Assembly: GCA_963728405.1 (NCBI GenBank)
Contig: CAVSJV010000003.1
Location: 1-64,000 of the forward strand
DNA: 64,000 nt
Origin: Methanomassiliicoccaceae archaeon
GTDB taxonomy: Archaea > Thermoplasmatota > Thermoplasmata > Methanomassiliicoccales > Methanomassiliicoccaceae
Direction: 5' to 3'
Under the pieces are notes generated by a model. That model was not told the DNA's origin, made no database searches, and saw only the letters and a program-made list of their open reading frames with translations. The position numbers were made by a program, and so were the translations under genes. Positions 20,569-30,693 of this stretch are shown piece after piece (position 1 is the first letter of the stretch; the number at the start of each line of letters is the position of its first letter).

Positions 20569-20999
20569 ATGGCGCTCATATTATGGACGGTCAGCTATGA
20601 GGGAAGGTCGGCCGAGGAGATCGTCAGCACGCTGCAGGACAACGGCATCGAAAAGGTCATCCATATCGGCACGGTGGCCAGGGACCTGGAAGGGAGCGGG
20701 TTGGAGGAAGAGCTGAAGAGAGGTCTGGAGGAAGCGGGCATCGAGTTCGAGCACATCGACGGCGTTGAACAGCTCTCCTGAGTTCAGGGGCATCACTGCC
20801 GATCGTGGAAAGGACGATATGATCCTCGGCGTTCAACGCCTATCTGAGCCGCCGGTCCTATGAGATGGACAGGCTGCGCAAGAAGATCGAGGAGCGGCCT
20901 ACCGCCATCTTATGCTACCTTCAGGGCGAGGGGGCCTGCGAGGGGGCGATGCTGATCCAGCTGCTGCAGCGGCAGGGGAGCGAGATCAAGAACCTGTGA
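20569..20999 (+). CDS. DUF488-like protein (two apparent indels)
   Basis: LWTVSYEGRSAEEIVSTLQDNGIEKV..L..AGIEFEH; continues in shifted frames to PTAILCY..EIKNL*. Confidence 0.55.
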
Positions 21000-21176
21000 T
21001 CACTTTCTTTCGTTCTTCGCCTCGGCCTCTCGCTTGGCCTTGATATGCCCCGCCGGGCCGCCTCTTTCGTCCATGGCCTGCCTGACACATTCGTCCCTTT
21101 CGCAGATGAACATGGCGAACTGGAAGTTCTTGGCCGGCCGTCCGCAGACCTGGCATTTCTCCTTCTCGATGTCCAT
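21000..21176 (-). CDS. Small zinc-finger-like protein (58 aa), not in the ORF track
   Basis: MDIEKEKCQVCGRPAKNFQFAMFICERDECVRQAMDERGGPAGHIKAKREAEAKNERK*. CxxC..CxxxxC motif; the stop abuts the stop of the convergent gene. Confidence 0.7.
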   Translation of the reverse strand: MDIEKEKCQVCGRPAKNFQFAMFICERDECVRQAMDERGGPAGHIKAKREAEAKNERK

Positions 21177-21279
21177 GTTCCCGGGGACCGCACTGCCTCG
21201 TTATAAGGACTGCGTGTCATCGTTCGGTATTAGACCGTAGGAAGAAAATAGTATATGGCAGCGAGCGATTGCTAAGGCC

Positions 21280-21765
21280 GTGCGACGGACCGCGGCCGAC
21301 CCGGCGATGGCTCGATGGCTCGAACAGGCCAGGCCATCGGCATTGCTGTGCCAGCAGTGCGGGGAGTGCGCTTCCGTCTGCCCTAGCCAACGGCACGACG
21401 GCATCCGCCCGACCGAACTCATGGCTCGCGCGGCCCTCGGGGCCCTGGACCCTGCGAAGGATGGGGGGCTGTGGCAGTGCGCCCGATGCATGGCCTGTTC
21501 GGAGCGCTGCCCCTCGGAGGCCGACCCGGGAGAAACGATCGCCCTGCTGCGGGAGTTGGCCGTGCAGCGGGGAAACCGCCCCCAGTACATCGTCGAGGAG
21601 GCGAAGCGGTTCATCCAGACAGGCATATGCTTCCCTCGCACCGGCATGACCAAGAAGATGCGAAAGGAGCTGGGGCTTCCTGACGGAGAGATCACTGCCT
21701 CCGCGCTCAAGGACGTGGCCGAGATCTGCAAGCGCACCGGCCTGGGGAGGCTGGAGCTTGGGTAG
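21280..21765 (+). CDS. hdrC: Heterodisulfide reductase subunit C-like
   Basis: CQQCGECASVCP, LWQCARCMACSERCP, LRELA. Confidence 0.88.
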   Translation: MRRTAADPAMARWLEQARPSALLCQQCGECASVCPSQRHDGIRPTELMARAALGALDPAKDGGLWQCARCMACSERCPSEADPGETIALLRELAVQRGNRPQYIVEEAKRFIQTGICFPRTGMTKKMRKELGLPDGEITASALKDVAEICKRTGLGRLELG

Positions 21766-22585
21766 GCCGCTGTACCTCTTCTCGGGCTGCCTGATACCGA
21801 CCAGGTTGCCGTTCCTGGAGGCCTCGTCCCGCTTCGTACTTGACCATTTGGGCGTGGACTACAGTGACCTGCCGAACGCCACCTGCTGCGTCGAGCCCAT
21901 AGGCCTGCGGACGATGAGCAAGGATACTTGGCTGGTCTCGGCCGCCCGGATGCTGGCCATCGCCCAGGAGGGCGGGCGGGACGTACTGACGCTGTGCAAC
22001 GGCTGCTACATGTCGCTGAAGGAGGCCACCCACGCCCTGGAGGACGCCACCGTCCGTAAGGAAGTGAACGAGATCCTGGTCAACATCGGGAAGCGATACG
22101 ACGGAGGAGTGGAGGTCCATCACCTCACGGGCCTCCTGTTAGATCATGTGGATGTTGTCCGAAGGTCGATCATTCGACGGATGCCCGAGCTGACTCTAGC
22201 GGCCCATCCCGGTTGCCACATGGTACGGCCCAGCCAGGTGCTGAAAGTTGATAGCTCGTTCCGTCCCGAGGTGCTGGGCCGGATCGCCTCGTGGACCGGG
22301 GCGAGGGTAGTGGCGAACGAAGAATGGCCCCAGTGCTGCGGCGGAGGCCTCGCCGGCATCGACGAGAACCTCTCCTCCAAGATACTAGCCGATTCGAGCA
22401 GGGGTTTCCGTTCCTCTGGAGCCACGGCGATCCTGACCCCTTGCCCATTCTGCTTCGTGCAGTTCGACCTCAAGCAGAAGGACGGGCTACCAGTGCTCTA
22501 TTTGGCCGAGCTGCTGGCGCTGGCGATGGGCGCCGCGCCTGAGAAAATAGGTATGCAGTACCACCGCAACAAGCTCACGGTTTGA
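21758..22585 (+). CDS. hdrB: Heterodisulfide reductase subunit B-like
   Basis: FSGCLIP, TCC, LCNGCY, HPGCH, CCGGG, PCPFCFVQFD. Confidence 0.92.
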   Translation: MGRPLYLFSGCLIPTRLPFLEASSRFVLDHLGVDYSDLPNATCCVEPIGLRTMSKDTWLVSAARMLAIAQEGGRDVLTLCNGCYMSLKEATHALEDATVRKEVNEILVNIGKRYDGGVEVHHLTGLLLDHVDVVRRSIIRRMPELTLAAHPGCHMVRPSQVLKVDSSFRPEVLGRIASWTGARVVANEEWPQCCGGGLAGIDENLSSKILADSSRGFRSSGATAILTPCPFCFVQFDLKQKDGLPVLYLAELLALAMGAAPEKIGMQYHRNKLTV

Positions 22586-23399
22586 TCTCGGCGATGTCCA
22601 GCGAGAAATCGATGGCCCGCGACGAGTGTGTCAGCCAGCCGAGCGAGATTATGTCCACTGCCTCGGCATAGGCGGGAGCGGTGACCGGGGTGATGCCTCC
22701 GGACGCTTCCACCAGGATTCGGGGATCTATTGCCTTGATCGCCTGGGAGCACTCCTTCGCCCCCTCCGGCGTCATGTTGTCAAGCATTATGATGTCGGCA
22801 CCGGCAGCGGCCGCTTCCTCGGCCCCGAGCAATGAGACGACCTCCATCTCCACCTTCTTGGTGAAGGAGACCCGCCTGGCCATCCTGATCGCTTCCGAGA
22901 TGCTCCCGACGACCGCAAGGTGATTGTCCTTGATCAGCACCGCATCATCGAGACGGTTGCGGTGTGGGTCCCCCCCGCCCAGTGCGACGGCTTTTTTCTG
23001 GTAGGAACGGAAGCCGGGGGTGGTTTTCCTGGTAGCGGCGATGATGATGGCCGAGTTCCTTTTTTGGCAGGACCGCAGCACGTCCCGGGTCGCGGTGGCG
23101 ATGCCGGACATCTGCATCAGAAGGTTCAGCGCCAGCCTCTCGCCAGATAGAATGGACCGGAGGCTGCCTTCGACATATAGGGCCTCGGTGCCCGGAGGGA
23201 CCGATTCGCCGTCCTTCACCCGGGCGGCAGTCCACAGCCCAAGGGTGTTGAAGACCTCCTCTGCCTCTTCGAGACCAGCCACGGCACACTCTTCTCTGGC
23301 GAAGAGCCGGGCGGTGCCCATCTGGGCGCCGATCAGCGCTTCCGACGTGATATCACCGTAGCCGATGTCCTCGCGGAGGAACTCTTCGATCCTGCTCAT
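22575..23399 (-). CDS. nadC: Nicotinate-nucleotide pyrophosphorylase (carboxylating)
   Basis: EDIGYGDITS, TRKTTPG, HR..LDDAVLIKDNH, IMLDNM, EASGGIT. Confidence 0.96.
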   Translation of the reverse strand: MSRIEEFLREDIGYGDITSEALIGAQMGTARLFAREECAVAGLEEAEEVFNTLGLWTAARVKDGESVPPGTEALYVEGSLRSILSGERLALNLLMQMSGIATATRDVLRSCQKRNSAIIIAATRKTTPGFRSYQKKAVALGGGDPHRNRLDDAVLIKDNHLAVVGSISEAIRMARRVSFTKKVEMEVVSLLGAEEAAAAGADIIMLDNMTPEGAKECSQAIKAIDPRILVEASGGITPVTAPAYAEAVDIISLGWLTHSSRAIDFSLDIAEIKP

Positions 23400-23439
23400 G
23401 TACTGTCGGAATCAGGGGCTGAGATTATGAACTTCCCGG

Positions 23440-24690
23440 TCAGAGCTCGACCTCTTCCTCGGCCTTGGGCAGCAGGACCTTGATCCCTTCCTGCCGGATG
23501 GCCGCGGCCATCGGCTCGCGGTCGTCGGAGTGCATGATGATGACCCTCTGCGGCTTACAGGCCTTAATGAATGCCAGCAGCTCTCCCTGATCGGCATGGG
23601 CGCTGAGGTCGTATTTCTTGACCTCGCACTTGATCTTGACCGGGTGGGGCAGCTCCTCCTTGCTCGGCTGGACGTTGATTATGCCTTCGCCCATCAACCT
23701 CTTGCCGTTGGAACCATCGACCTGGTAACCGCTGAGAAGAACGGCACTCTTGGAGTCATTCTTAACATCATCCAGGTAGCTGAGGACCGGACCGCCGTCA
23801 AGCATGCCTCCGGTGGTGACGATCACCTGCGCCTCGCGGCGGGCCCTCTGACGGTCCGCAGGAGTGCGAACCTCGTTGAACCTCCGCTTAGCGGCCTTGA
23901 GCGCCTTCTCGTTACGCACGTACTCCGGACGGTCCAAGTACATGCGGCTGATGGCCTTGCCCATCCCGTCGACCCACATGTTGTATTTGAGGTCCTTAAG
24001 GATGAGCATAACCTCCTGGGTACGACCGACGGCGAAGCACGGCAGTATCGCCTTCCCGCCCCGCTCGACGACGGACTTGACCTTCTCGATAAGCTCATAT
24101 TCGGTCTTCATCCGGTCTGGGTGCAAGCGGCCGGAATAGGTGCCTTCGATGATCAGGTTATCACACTGGATGGGGTGAGCACCCCATACCAGACGCATAT
24201 TATAGGTGTGCATGTCGCCGGTGAAGACGGTGGTCTGCTCGCCCTTAAGTTCGAACATGGCCGCCCCGGGCAGATGGCCGGCAGGATGCAGCCCGATCTC
24301 GAAGCCGCCCACGTCCATGATCTCCCCGTAGGTCAGGGGGGTGAAGTTGCGCATGAGCGCCCTGATGTCACCCTCATCGTACATCTTGGGATAGCCCTCA
24401 GCTTCGGCGACCTTCATCGAGTCGCGCACCAGCAGCTCGGCCACGTCTATGGTGGTGGGCGTGGCGACGACCTCGGTGTCGTACTTGCCGCATAACCAGG
24501 GCAACATGCCGCAGTGGTCTAGGTGACTGTGGGTCAGAAAGGCCATGTCTACGGGGGGAGCGGGCAGCGGGTAGGTCGGGGGTTTGGAAGCAGTCATGCC
24601 ATACTCGAAAAGAAGGGTGGCGCCCTTGTTCTGGACGAGCATCCCCATCCTCCCGACGACGTCAGCGCCGCCCAGGAACTTTATTTTCAT
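23440..24690 (-). CDS. Beta-CASP metallo-beta-lactamase ribonuclease (aCPSF2/YSH1-like)
   Basis: THSHLDH, AGHLPG, TGD, EGTY, FAVGRTQE, SAHAD. Confidence 0.92.
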   Translation of the reverse strand: MKIKFLGGADVVGRMGMLVQNKGATLLFEYGMTASKPPTYPLPAPPVDMAFLTHSHLDHCGMLPWLCGKYDTEVVATPTTIDVAELLVRDSMKVAEAEGYPKMYDEGDIRALMRNFTPLTYGEIMDVGGFEIGLHPAGHLPGAAMFELKGEQTTVFTGDMHTYNMRLVWGAHPIQCDNLIIEGTYSGRLHPDRMKTEYELIEKVKSVVERGGKAILPCFAVGRTQEVMLILKDLKYNMWVDGMGKAISRMYLDRPEYVRNEKALKAAKRRFNEVRTPADRQRARREAQVIVTTGGMLDGGPVLSYLDDVKNDSKSAVLLSGYQVDGSNGKRLMGEGIINVQPSKEELPHPVKIKCEVKKYDLSAHADQGELLAFIKACKPQRVIIMHSDDREPMAAAIRQEGIKVLLPKAEEEVEL

Positions 24691-24702
24691 TTTCTATACC
24701 TC

Positions 24703-25125
24703 CTATGAATTTCCGATGATCTGTAGTATTACTTTTCTTTCTCTTCCGTGATTGTCCAATTCCATCAGGACGACCTGTTGCCAGGTGCCCAGGTCCGGGA
24801 CCCCTTCGTGAAAGGGCACGGTCAGTGATGTCCCCAGGAACGCCGATCGGACATGAGAATGTCCGTTACCGTCGCCCCAGCGCCGGTGATGGTCGTAATC
24901 CATCTCCTTAGGGAATAGGCGCTGCAAAGCTTCCCTCATGTCCTTTTGGAGGCCGTCCTCGTTCTCGATTGTGAACAAGGCGGCGGTGGAATGGCTGACG
25001 AATACGCATACCAAGCCTTCCTTCATTTTGGAGGCCCGCACCGCATCGTTCAGCTCTTTGGTGAGGTCGACGACGTCGCCCTCCGCTTCGGTCCTTATGC
25101 TAAGGACCTTCCGAAAGCTTCCCAT
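24703..25125 (-). CDS. YjbQ/UPF0047 family protein
   Basis: HSTAAL..ENE, GNGHSH, LGTWQ. Confidence 0.92.
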   Translation of the reverse strand: MGSFRKVLSIRTEAEGDVVDLTKELNDAVRASKMKEGLVCVFVSHSTAALFTIENEDGLQKDMREALQRLFPKEMDYDHHRRWGDGNGHSHVRSAFLGTSLTVPFHEGVPDLGTWQQVVLMELDNHGRERKVILQIIGNS

Positions 25126-25291
25126 ATTTCACTCTTTGACCAGGGCTACTCATAGTGGAGTATATGAAGTTGATGTTTGGTGGAGCGGGACCATCCAGCA
25201 TGGAAATAATTCCGATTGTACGTCGATTCATCAACTAACGTTGAAGGGAAATCGAAGGGTTCATATCCACGTAATTTTTCCGTTCCTTATA

Positions 25292-25654
25292 GTGTCCGAG
25301 AACATCAACTTGAGAATTTACCAACGGGGGCAAGGCCAGAATGATGAAAAGGTCTGGCTTGCCTCGAGCTTCCGAGTCATGCTCATCAAGATGGGCATCG
25401 AGAAGGCCGGGAGCATCAACCACCTGGGGAGAGAGCTGGGGTACCGTTCGAGGGTACATCCAGGATGGAGCGTTCGCCAGATCCTGGTAGGCAAGCAGCC
25501 TTTCCCCTTTGAGCGTCTTAAAGCGTTCTCCGATTACCTGAACTACCCTTTAGATGACATCATGAGGCACCGCACCCAGCCCGGGGCGGTGACCATCGAC
25601 AGTACCAGGCGAGCGTTAGAGAGCTGTGGAATGATATACTACATCCCCCGCTGA
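25292..25654 (+). CDS. Conserved hypothetical HTH-like protein
   Basis: Coding-like part of ORF 24938-25654 from a GTG start (SENINLRIY..SINHLGRELGY..SVRQIL). Confidence 0.6.
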   Translation: MSENINLRIYQRGQGQNDEKVWLASSFRVMLIKMGIEKAGSINHLGRELGYRSRVHPGWSVRQILVGKQPFPFERLKAFSDYLNYPLDDIMRHRTQPGAVTIDSTRRALESCGMIYYIPR

Positions 25655-25722
25655 GCGGGGAACCCATTTTTTTGATATCTGGCTAGGGGAATTAATTTAT
25701 AGTCTCGACGTGATGACCATTA

Positions 25723-26682
25723 TTGTCGGACAATCGTCCGACTTCAGGGATGGGAGTGCTCTTAAGGAAAGGGTCCAGGATCAAGGACGAGACCACCAGT
25801 TCGCTGGTGCACAGCGGTGTCTATCACCTCGCGGACACCTATGACGACGAGGAGGCCAAGAAATTCGAAGGCCCGGTCGCCTATAGCTTCTGGAGCGCGG
25901 TCAAGTACACTTTCACCCTCTCGCTTCTACTATGGTGGCTCCCCATCTTCGGCCAGATGATAGCGGGTTACGTGGGGGGCCGAAGAGCCGGCGCACCTTG
26001 GAAGGGTATGCTCTCTGCGCTCGTCCCGGTCGTATTCATATTCATAGTGAGCGGGCTGGTCCGCCTCGAGATCCTCCCCACGGTTATCTTCGGGGTCAAT
26101 CTCAGTCCGGATGCCATCGCCGCGGTCATCGCCGCCAACGTACCGGTCATTCAGCCATATGTTGCGTTCGTCAACATGTACCTAACCAACTTCTTCACCT
26201 CGCTGCACTCGACCGCCAACCTCGGCCTCGACAGCTACGTGACGACGGTCGCCTTCGCCTATATCGGAGGCGTGCTCTCCCAGCAGACCCGCCGGGAGTT
26301 CGAGCTCCTGTCCCGCATGAGCAAGGGCAACACCACCACGGTAGTGCTGGAAGGCAACACCTTCACCACCGACCGTCCCGAGCCGTCCGGGAAGAAACGG
26401 AGCCGCGGGTTCGAGGAAATGGAAGAGATGGGCGCGACCCTGGACCTAGAGGACGATGAGCCTCAGACCTTCCGATCAGCCAAGCGGGCGCTGTACGACG
26501 AGAGCAAGGCCGGGAGCATCACCCCGAGGGACCGCAAGGCGCTGCGGGAAAGGGCACAATCAATGGCCCATGAGCAGAGAGGGGTGGAACGAAAGATCCA
26601 AAGGAGGGCGTCAGAGGAGGAGTTGGAGGCCCCTAGGAACCACAAGCCGACCGGGGAGAAGAAGGACTGGGAATTCATCTGA
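25723..26682 (+). CDS. Hypothetical membrane protein with charged C-terminal tail
   Basis: LLWWLPIFGQMIAGYVGGRRAG and further hydrophobic segments. Confidence 0.75.
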   Translation: MSDNRPTSGMGVLLRKGSRIKDETTSSLVHSGVYHLADTYDDEEAKKFEGPVAYSFWSAVKYTFTLSLLLWWLPIFGQMIAGYVGGRRAGAPWKGMLSALVPVVFIFIVSGLVRLEILPTVIFGVNLSPDAIAAVIAANVPVIQPYVAFVNMYLTNFFTSLHSTANLGLDSYVTTVAFAYIGGVLSQQTRREFELLSRMSKGNTTTVVLEGNTFTTDRPEPSGKKRSRGFEEMEEMGATLDLEDDEPQTFRSAKRALYDESKAGSITPRDRKALRERAQSMAHEQRGVERKIQRRASEEELEAPRNHKPTGEKKDWEFI

Positions 26683-26760
26683 GCGACCTATCACCCCTCA
26701 TGTCCCTGGCCACAGAACCCTTTTATACGAGCAGAATTTTCCGAAACTAGGCGAAGAACA

Positions 26761-27096
26761 ATGTTCTGTCCAAAGTGTGGTGGGCTGCTGCATGCCAAAG
26801 AAGGCAGCAAGACCGAGTTCTGTTGTGGGACCCCCAAATGCGGTTTCGAGCAGAAAGCAGCCGAGATGTGCAAGAGCGGCCATACCAAGGCCGTAATGGG
26901 AAGGAACAAGAAGGAGGTCGAGGACTGTCCGGTGGTCGACGCGATCGAAGGCGCCATGCCCAAGACCAATGTCACCTGCCCCAAGTGCGAACATAACGAG
27001 GCCTACTGGTTCCTTCGTCAGACCCGCAAGTCGGACGAACCGGAGACGACCTTTCTCTGCTGCTGCAAATGCGGCCATCGCTGGCGCAAGTACTGA
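26761..27096 (+). CDS. tfs: Transcription factor S (RpoM/TFS family)
   Basis: MFCPKCG, CPKCEHNEAYW, QTRKSDEPET acidic hairpin, CKCGHRWR. Lies directly upstream of PCNA. Confidence 0.9.
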   Translation: MFCPKCGGLLHAKEGSKTEFCCGTPKCGFEQKAAEMCKSGHTKAVMGRNKKEVEDCPVVDAIEGAMPKTNVTCPKCEHNEAYWFLRQTRKSDEPETTFLCCCKCGHRWRKY

Positions 27097-27178
27097 GCAA
27101 GCATACAGTCAAAGGAATGTTTATCATAGACAACATGTTTACCTTTAGAACTATTAGGATTTGATTCGGGGGAAATTG

Positions 27179-27916
27179 ATGTTTCATGCCAAAATAAAAT
27201 CCGAGACCCTCAAGGGAGTCGTTGACGTGGTCTCGACCCTCGTGGACGAGGCGAAGTTCAGTATTGACGCCGACGGCTTGGAGCTGAAGGCCGTCGATCC
27301 CGCCCACGTGGCCATGGTCGACATGAAGGTCGAGAAATCGGCGTTCGAAGAGTTCTCGGCGGACGAAACGGAGCTGGGCATTGACCTGGACAAGATCAAG
27401 GAGGTCCTCCGCCTTTCCCGGGCCGGGGACATCATCGAGATGGAGCAGGACGAGGCGAAGAACCGCCTCGTGCTCAATGTCGGTAACATTACCAGGAGAA
27501 TGAACCTGGTGGACACCGCCGGTATGAGCGATCCCAAGGTCCCCAATCTCAACCTGCCGGCCAAGATCACAGTGACCTCGGACGAGTTGCAGAAGGGCAT
27601 CCGGGCCGCCGAGTCCGTGTCCGACCATATCGCCCTTAACGCTACACCCGAAGGCTTCGAGATGTTCTCCGAGGGCGACACCGACTCGGTCAGCCTGAAG
27701 CTGCCCAAGGACCTCCTTATATCGCTGGAGTGTTCCGAGAAAGTGAAGAGCCTATTCCCCCTGGACTACTTCTCCAACATGGTCCGCTCCATCCCTTCCG
27801 GCTCGGTCGTCACCATCAACCTGGGCAGCGACTACCCGGTGAAGCTGGAGTTCGAGATAGCGGACAAGAAAGGTACCGTCAACTACCTGCTTGCCCCCCG
27901 GATCGAGAGCGACTGA
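27179..27916 (+). CDS. pcn: DNA polymerase sliding clamp PCNA
   Basis: AVDPAHVAMV, LGIDL, DYPVKL, YLLAPRIE. Confidence 0.97.
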   Translation: MFHAKIKSETLKGVVDVVSTLVDEAKFSIDADGLELKAVDPAHVAMVDMKVEKSAFEEFSADETELGIDLDKIKEVLRLSRAGDIIEMEQDEAKNRLVLNVGNITRRMNLVDTAGMSDPKVPNLNLPAKITVTSDELQKGIRAAESVSDHIALNATPEGFEMFSEGDTDSVSLKLPKDLLISLECSEKVKSLFPLDYFSNMVRSIPSGSVVTINLGSDYPVKLEFEIADKKGTVNYLLAPRIESD

Positions 27917-28074
27917 GCGCTCCGAACCAAACCCCTTTACTTCGATTCTTTTATTCCCTTTTTACAAGACTGCTACGACTCAAACTTCAAGTAGAATGTC
28001 TGGCTGTAGCGAAATGCCTTACAAAAGCTTTTTAATCATAGCCCCATTATTCTCCAACCCCTCCCCTTCCTGAG

Positions 28075-28920
28075 GTGCCCGAATTGACCTTACACGATGA
28101 TCAAACCATTCAGATACTGGAGACCAAAGCGAACCTGATCCGGCGCCACATCATCAAGATGACCTTCACTGCGCAGTCGGGGCATCCTGGTGGGTCTCTA
28201 TCGTATACCGATGTCATAACCGCCCTTTTCTTCAAGGTCATGAAGCACCGCCCCGAGGAACCCTCGTGGGAGGATCGCGACAAGTTCGTACTGTCCAAGG
28301 GCCACGCCGCCCCGGCGTACTATGCCGCTCTGGCCGAGACCGGATATTTCCCGGTGGACGAGCTGCTGACCCTCCGAAAGCTGGGCTCCCACCTTCAGGG
28401 ACACCCCTGTCGGATGAAGACCCCGGGAGTGGAGATCTCCACCGGTTCCTTGGGTCAGGGATTGAGCGTCGCTAACGGGATGGCATTGGCCTCTAAGCTG
28501 GACCGCCGCCAATCGCGCATCTTCTGCCTGCTAGGGGACGGAGAGCTGCAAGAGGGCCAGAACTGGGAAGCGGCCATGCTGGCGTCCCACTACAAGCTGG
28601 ACAACGTCACCGCGTTCATCGACCGCAACAAGATGCAGATCGACGGACCCACCGAGCAGATCATGTCGCTGGAGCCCCTCGGGGACAAGTGGAGGGCCTT
28701 CGGCTGGAACGTCATCGAGATCAACGGGCATGACATGAGGCAGATTCTGGAGGCCTGCGAGAAAGCAACGCAGGTGATGGGCAAACCGACCATGATCATC
28801 GCTCATACTATCAAGGGCAAGGGCGTATCGTTCATGGAGGGCGCGATCGCCTTCCACGGCAAGGCGCCCAACGCCGATGAGTATCGCGTAGCCCTTAAGG
28901 AGCTGGGGGAGAGCATATGA
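28075..28920 (+). CDS. Transketolase, N-terminal subunit
   Basis: GHPGGSLS, SKGHAAP, LQGHP, GSLGQG, GDGELQEG TPP motif. Confidence 0.95.
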   Translation: MPELTLHDDQTIQILETKANLIRRHIIKMTFTAQSGHPGGSLSYTDVITALFFKVMKHRPEEPSWEDRDKFVLSKGHAAPAYYAALAETGYFPVDELLTLRKLGSHLQGHPCRMKTPGVEISTGSLGQGLSVANGMALASKLDRRQSRIFCLLGDGELQEGQNWEAAMLASHYKLDNVTAFIDRNKMQIDGPTEQIMSLEPLGDKWRAFGWNVIEINGHDMRQILEACEKATQVMGKPTMIIAHTIKGKGVSFMEGAIAFHGKAPNADEYRVALKELGESI

Positions 28921-29864
28921 AATGGGTCTACACCAGCCAAAGGAAGGAGTACGCCAACGCTCTGGTTGAGATAGGCAAGTCCCGCACCGACGTGGTCGTG
29001 CTGGACGGGGACCTGTCCTCCTCCACTAGGACCGTGGAGTTCGCCAAGAAGTTCCCGGAGAGGTTCTTCAACGTGGGCATCGCCGAACAGAACCTCATGG
29101 GCACGGCGGCGGGTCTCGCCGTCTCCGGTAAGACAGTGTTCGCATCCACCTTCGCAGTGTTCGCCACCGGCCGTTGCTGGGACCAGATCCGGCAATCGAT
29201 CGCCTACCCGAGCGTCAATGTCAAGATCGTCGCCACCCACGCCGGCATAACTGTCGGGGGGGACGGCGCCACCCATCAGGCCTTGGAAGATATCGCCCTC
29301 ATGCGGACGTTGCCGCACATGTGTGTACTGGTACCCGCCGACGGCATCGAAGCATACAAGGCGGTCAAGGCCGCCGCCGAGCACGAGGGACCTTGCTATG
29401 TCCGTCTGGGACGGGCGGATGTACCCATGGTCACGACCATGGACTCGCCTTTCACCATCGGCAAGGCGACCATCCTGCGGGAAGGCACCGATGTTACTCT
29501 AGTGAGCTGTGGCCAGATGGTCGCAGTATGCATGGACGCGGCCGAGGAGCTGCAGAAGAGTGGCATATCGGCCGAGGTGGTCAACATGTCCACCATCAAG
29601 CCGCTGGACGAGAATACGCTGCTACGGTCGGTCAAGAAGACCGGCTGCGTTGTCACTGCCGAGGAGCATTCGATCAAATCCGGCCTCGGAAGCGCCGTCG
29701 GGACCACCCTGGGAGAGCACTTTCCAGTGCCCATGAAGCGCGTGGGGACCCCCGACTGTTTTGGCGAATCGGGTGAGAGCGATGACCTAATGCGCCGCTA
29801 TGGATTGACGGCCGAGAAGGTCATTGCCTCGGCCGAAGAAGTCATCAGGAGGAAGCATACATGA
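28917..29864 (+). CDS. Transketolase, C-terminal subunit
   Basis: GIAEQN, DGATHQ, YVRLGR, IKPLD, EEH. Confidence 0.95.
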   Translation: MKWVYTSQRKEYANALVEIGKSRTDVVVLDGDLSSSTRTVEFAKKFPERFFNVGIAEQNLMGTAAGLAVSGKTVFASTFAVFATGRCWDQIRQSIAYPSVNVKIVATHAGITVGGDGATHQALEDIALMRTLPHMCVLVPADGIEAYKAVKAAAEHEGPCYVRLGRADVPMVTTMDSPFTIGKATILREGTDVTLVSCGQMVAVCMDAAEELQKSGISAEVVNMSTIKPLDENTLLRSVKKTGCVVTAEEHSIKSGLGSAVGTTLGEHFPVPMKRVGTPDCFGESGESDDLMRRYGLTAEKVIASAEEVIRRKHT

Positions 29865-30508
29865 AGATCTTCATCGACACCGCTAATCTGGAAAAGATAA
29901 AAGAGGTCAACAGCTGGGGCATTCTGGACGGAGTGACCACGAACCCAAGCTTGGTTGCCAAGGAGAACACCGACTTCGAGACCCTGGTCAGGGAAATATG
30001 CTGCCTGGTGGATGGCCCGATCAGCGCTGAGGTCATGAGCGTCAAGGCCGCCGACATGGTGGTCGAAGCGCGCAAGCTGGCTAAGCTCCATGCCAACATC
30101 GTGATCAAGGTCCCCATGACCGAAGAGGGCCTGAAGGCCACCAAGACACTCGCTTCCGAGGACATCAAGGTCAACATGACCCTTATCTTCTCGGCTTCCC
30201 AGGCACTGCTGGCAGCGAAGGCCGGAGCGAGATATATCTCTCCGTTCATCGGCCGGCTGGACGACGTCGGCCAGGACGGTATGAAGCTCATCTCCGAGAT
30301 CATGAACATCCTGGACAATTACGACTTCGACACTGAGGTCATCGTCGCGTCGGTAAGGGACCCGATCCATGTGGTCGAGGCCGCTCAGCTCGGAGCGCAC
30401 ATCGCCACCATCCCCTATGACATCCTGAAGAAGATGTTCCTGCACCCCCTGACCGATGCGGGCATCAAGAAGTTCCAGGATGACTGGGCCAAGGTCCCCA
30501 AGAAGTAG
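29861..30508 (+). CDS. Transaldolase/fructose-6-phosphate aldolase family
   Basis: [36 protein letters not shown]. Confidence 0.95.
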   Translation: MKIFIDTANLEKIKEVNSWGILDGVTTNPSLVAKENTDFETLVREICCLVDGPISAEVMSVKAADMVVEARKLAKLHANIVIKVPMTEEGLKATKTLASEDIKVNMTLIFSASQALLAAKAGARYISPFIGRLDDVGQDGMKLISEIMNILDNYDFDTEVIVASVRDPIHVVEAAQLGAHIATIPYDILKKMFLHPLTDAGIKKFQDDWAKVPKK

Positions 30509-30693
30509 GAACAAACCATTTTCCCTTTTTGTTGTCGAACGCTCCCACCCTCATTGATCGATCTCCATTCTCCGAGGAGGGGCATTCCATATGGGTCCAT
30601 ACCGATCAAGGTTCGGCCCTACGCTCCTCCCCGCCTCATTGATACTGATACAGGAGACCATGGATCTTGACCAGGCCATCATAGGAGGCTCAT

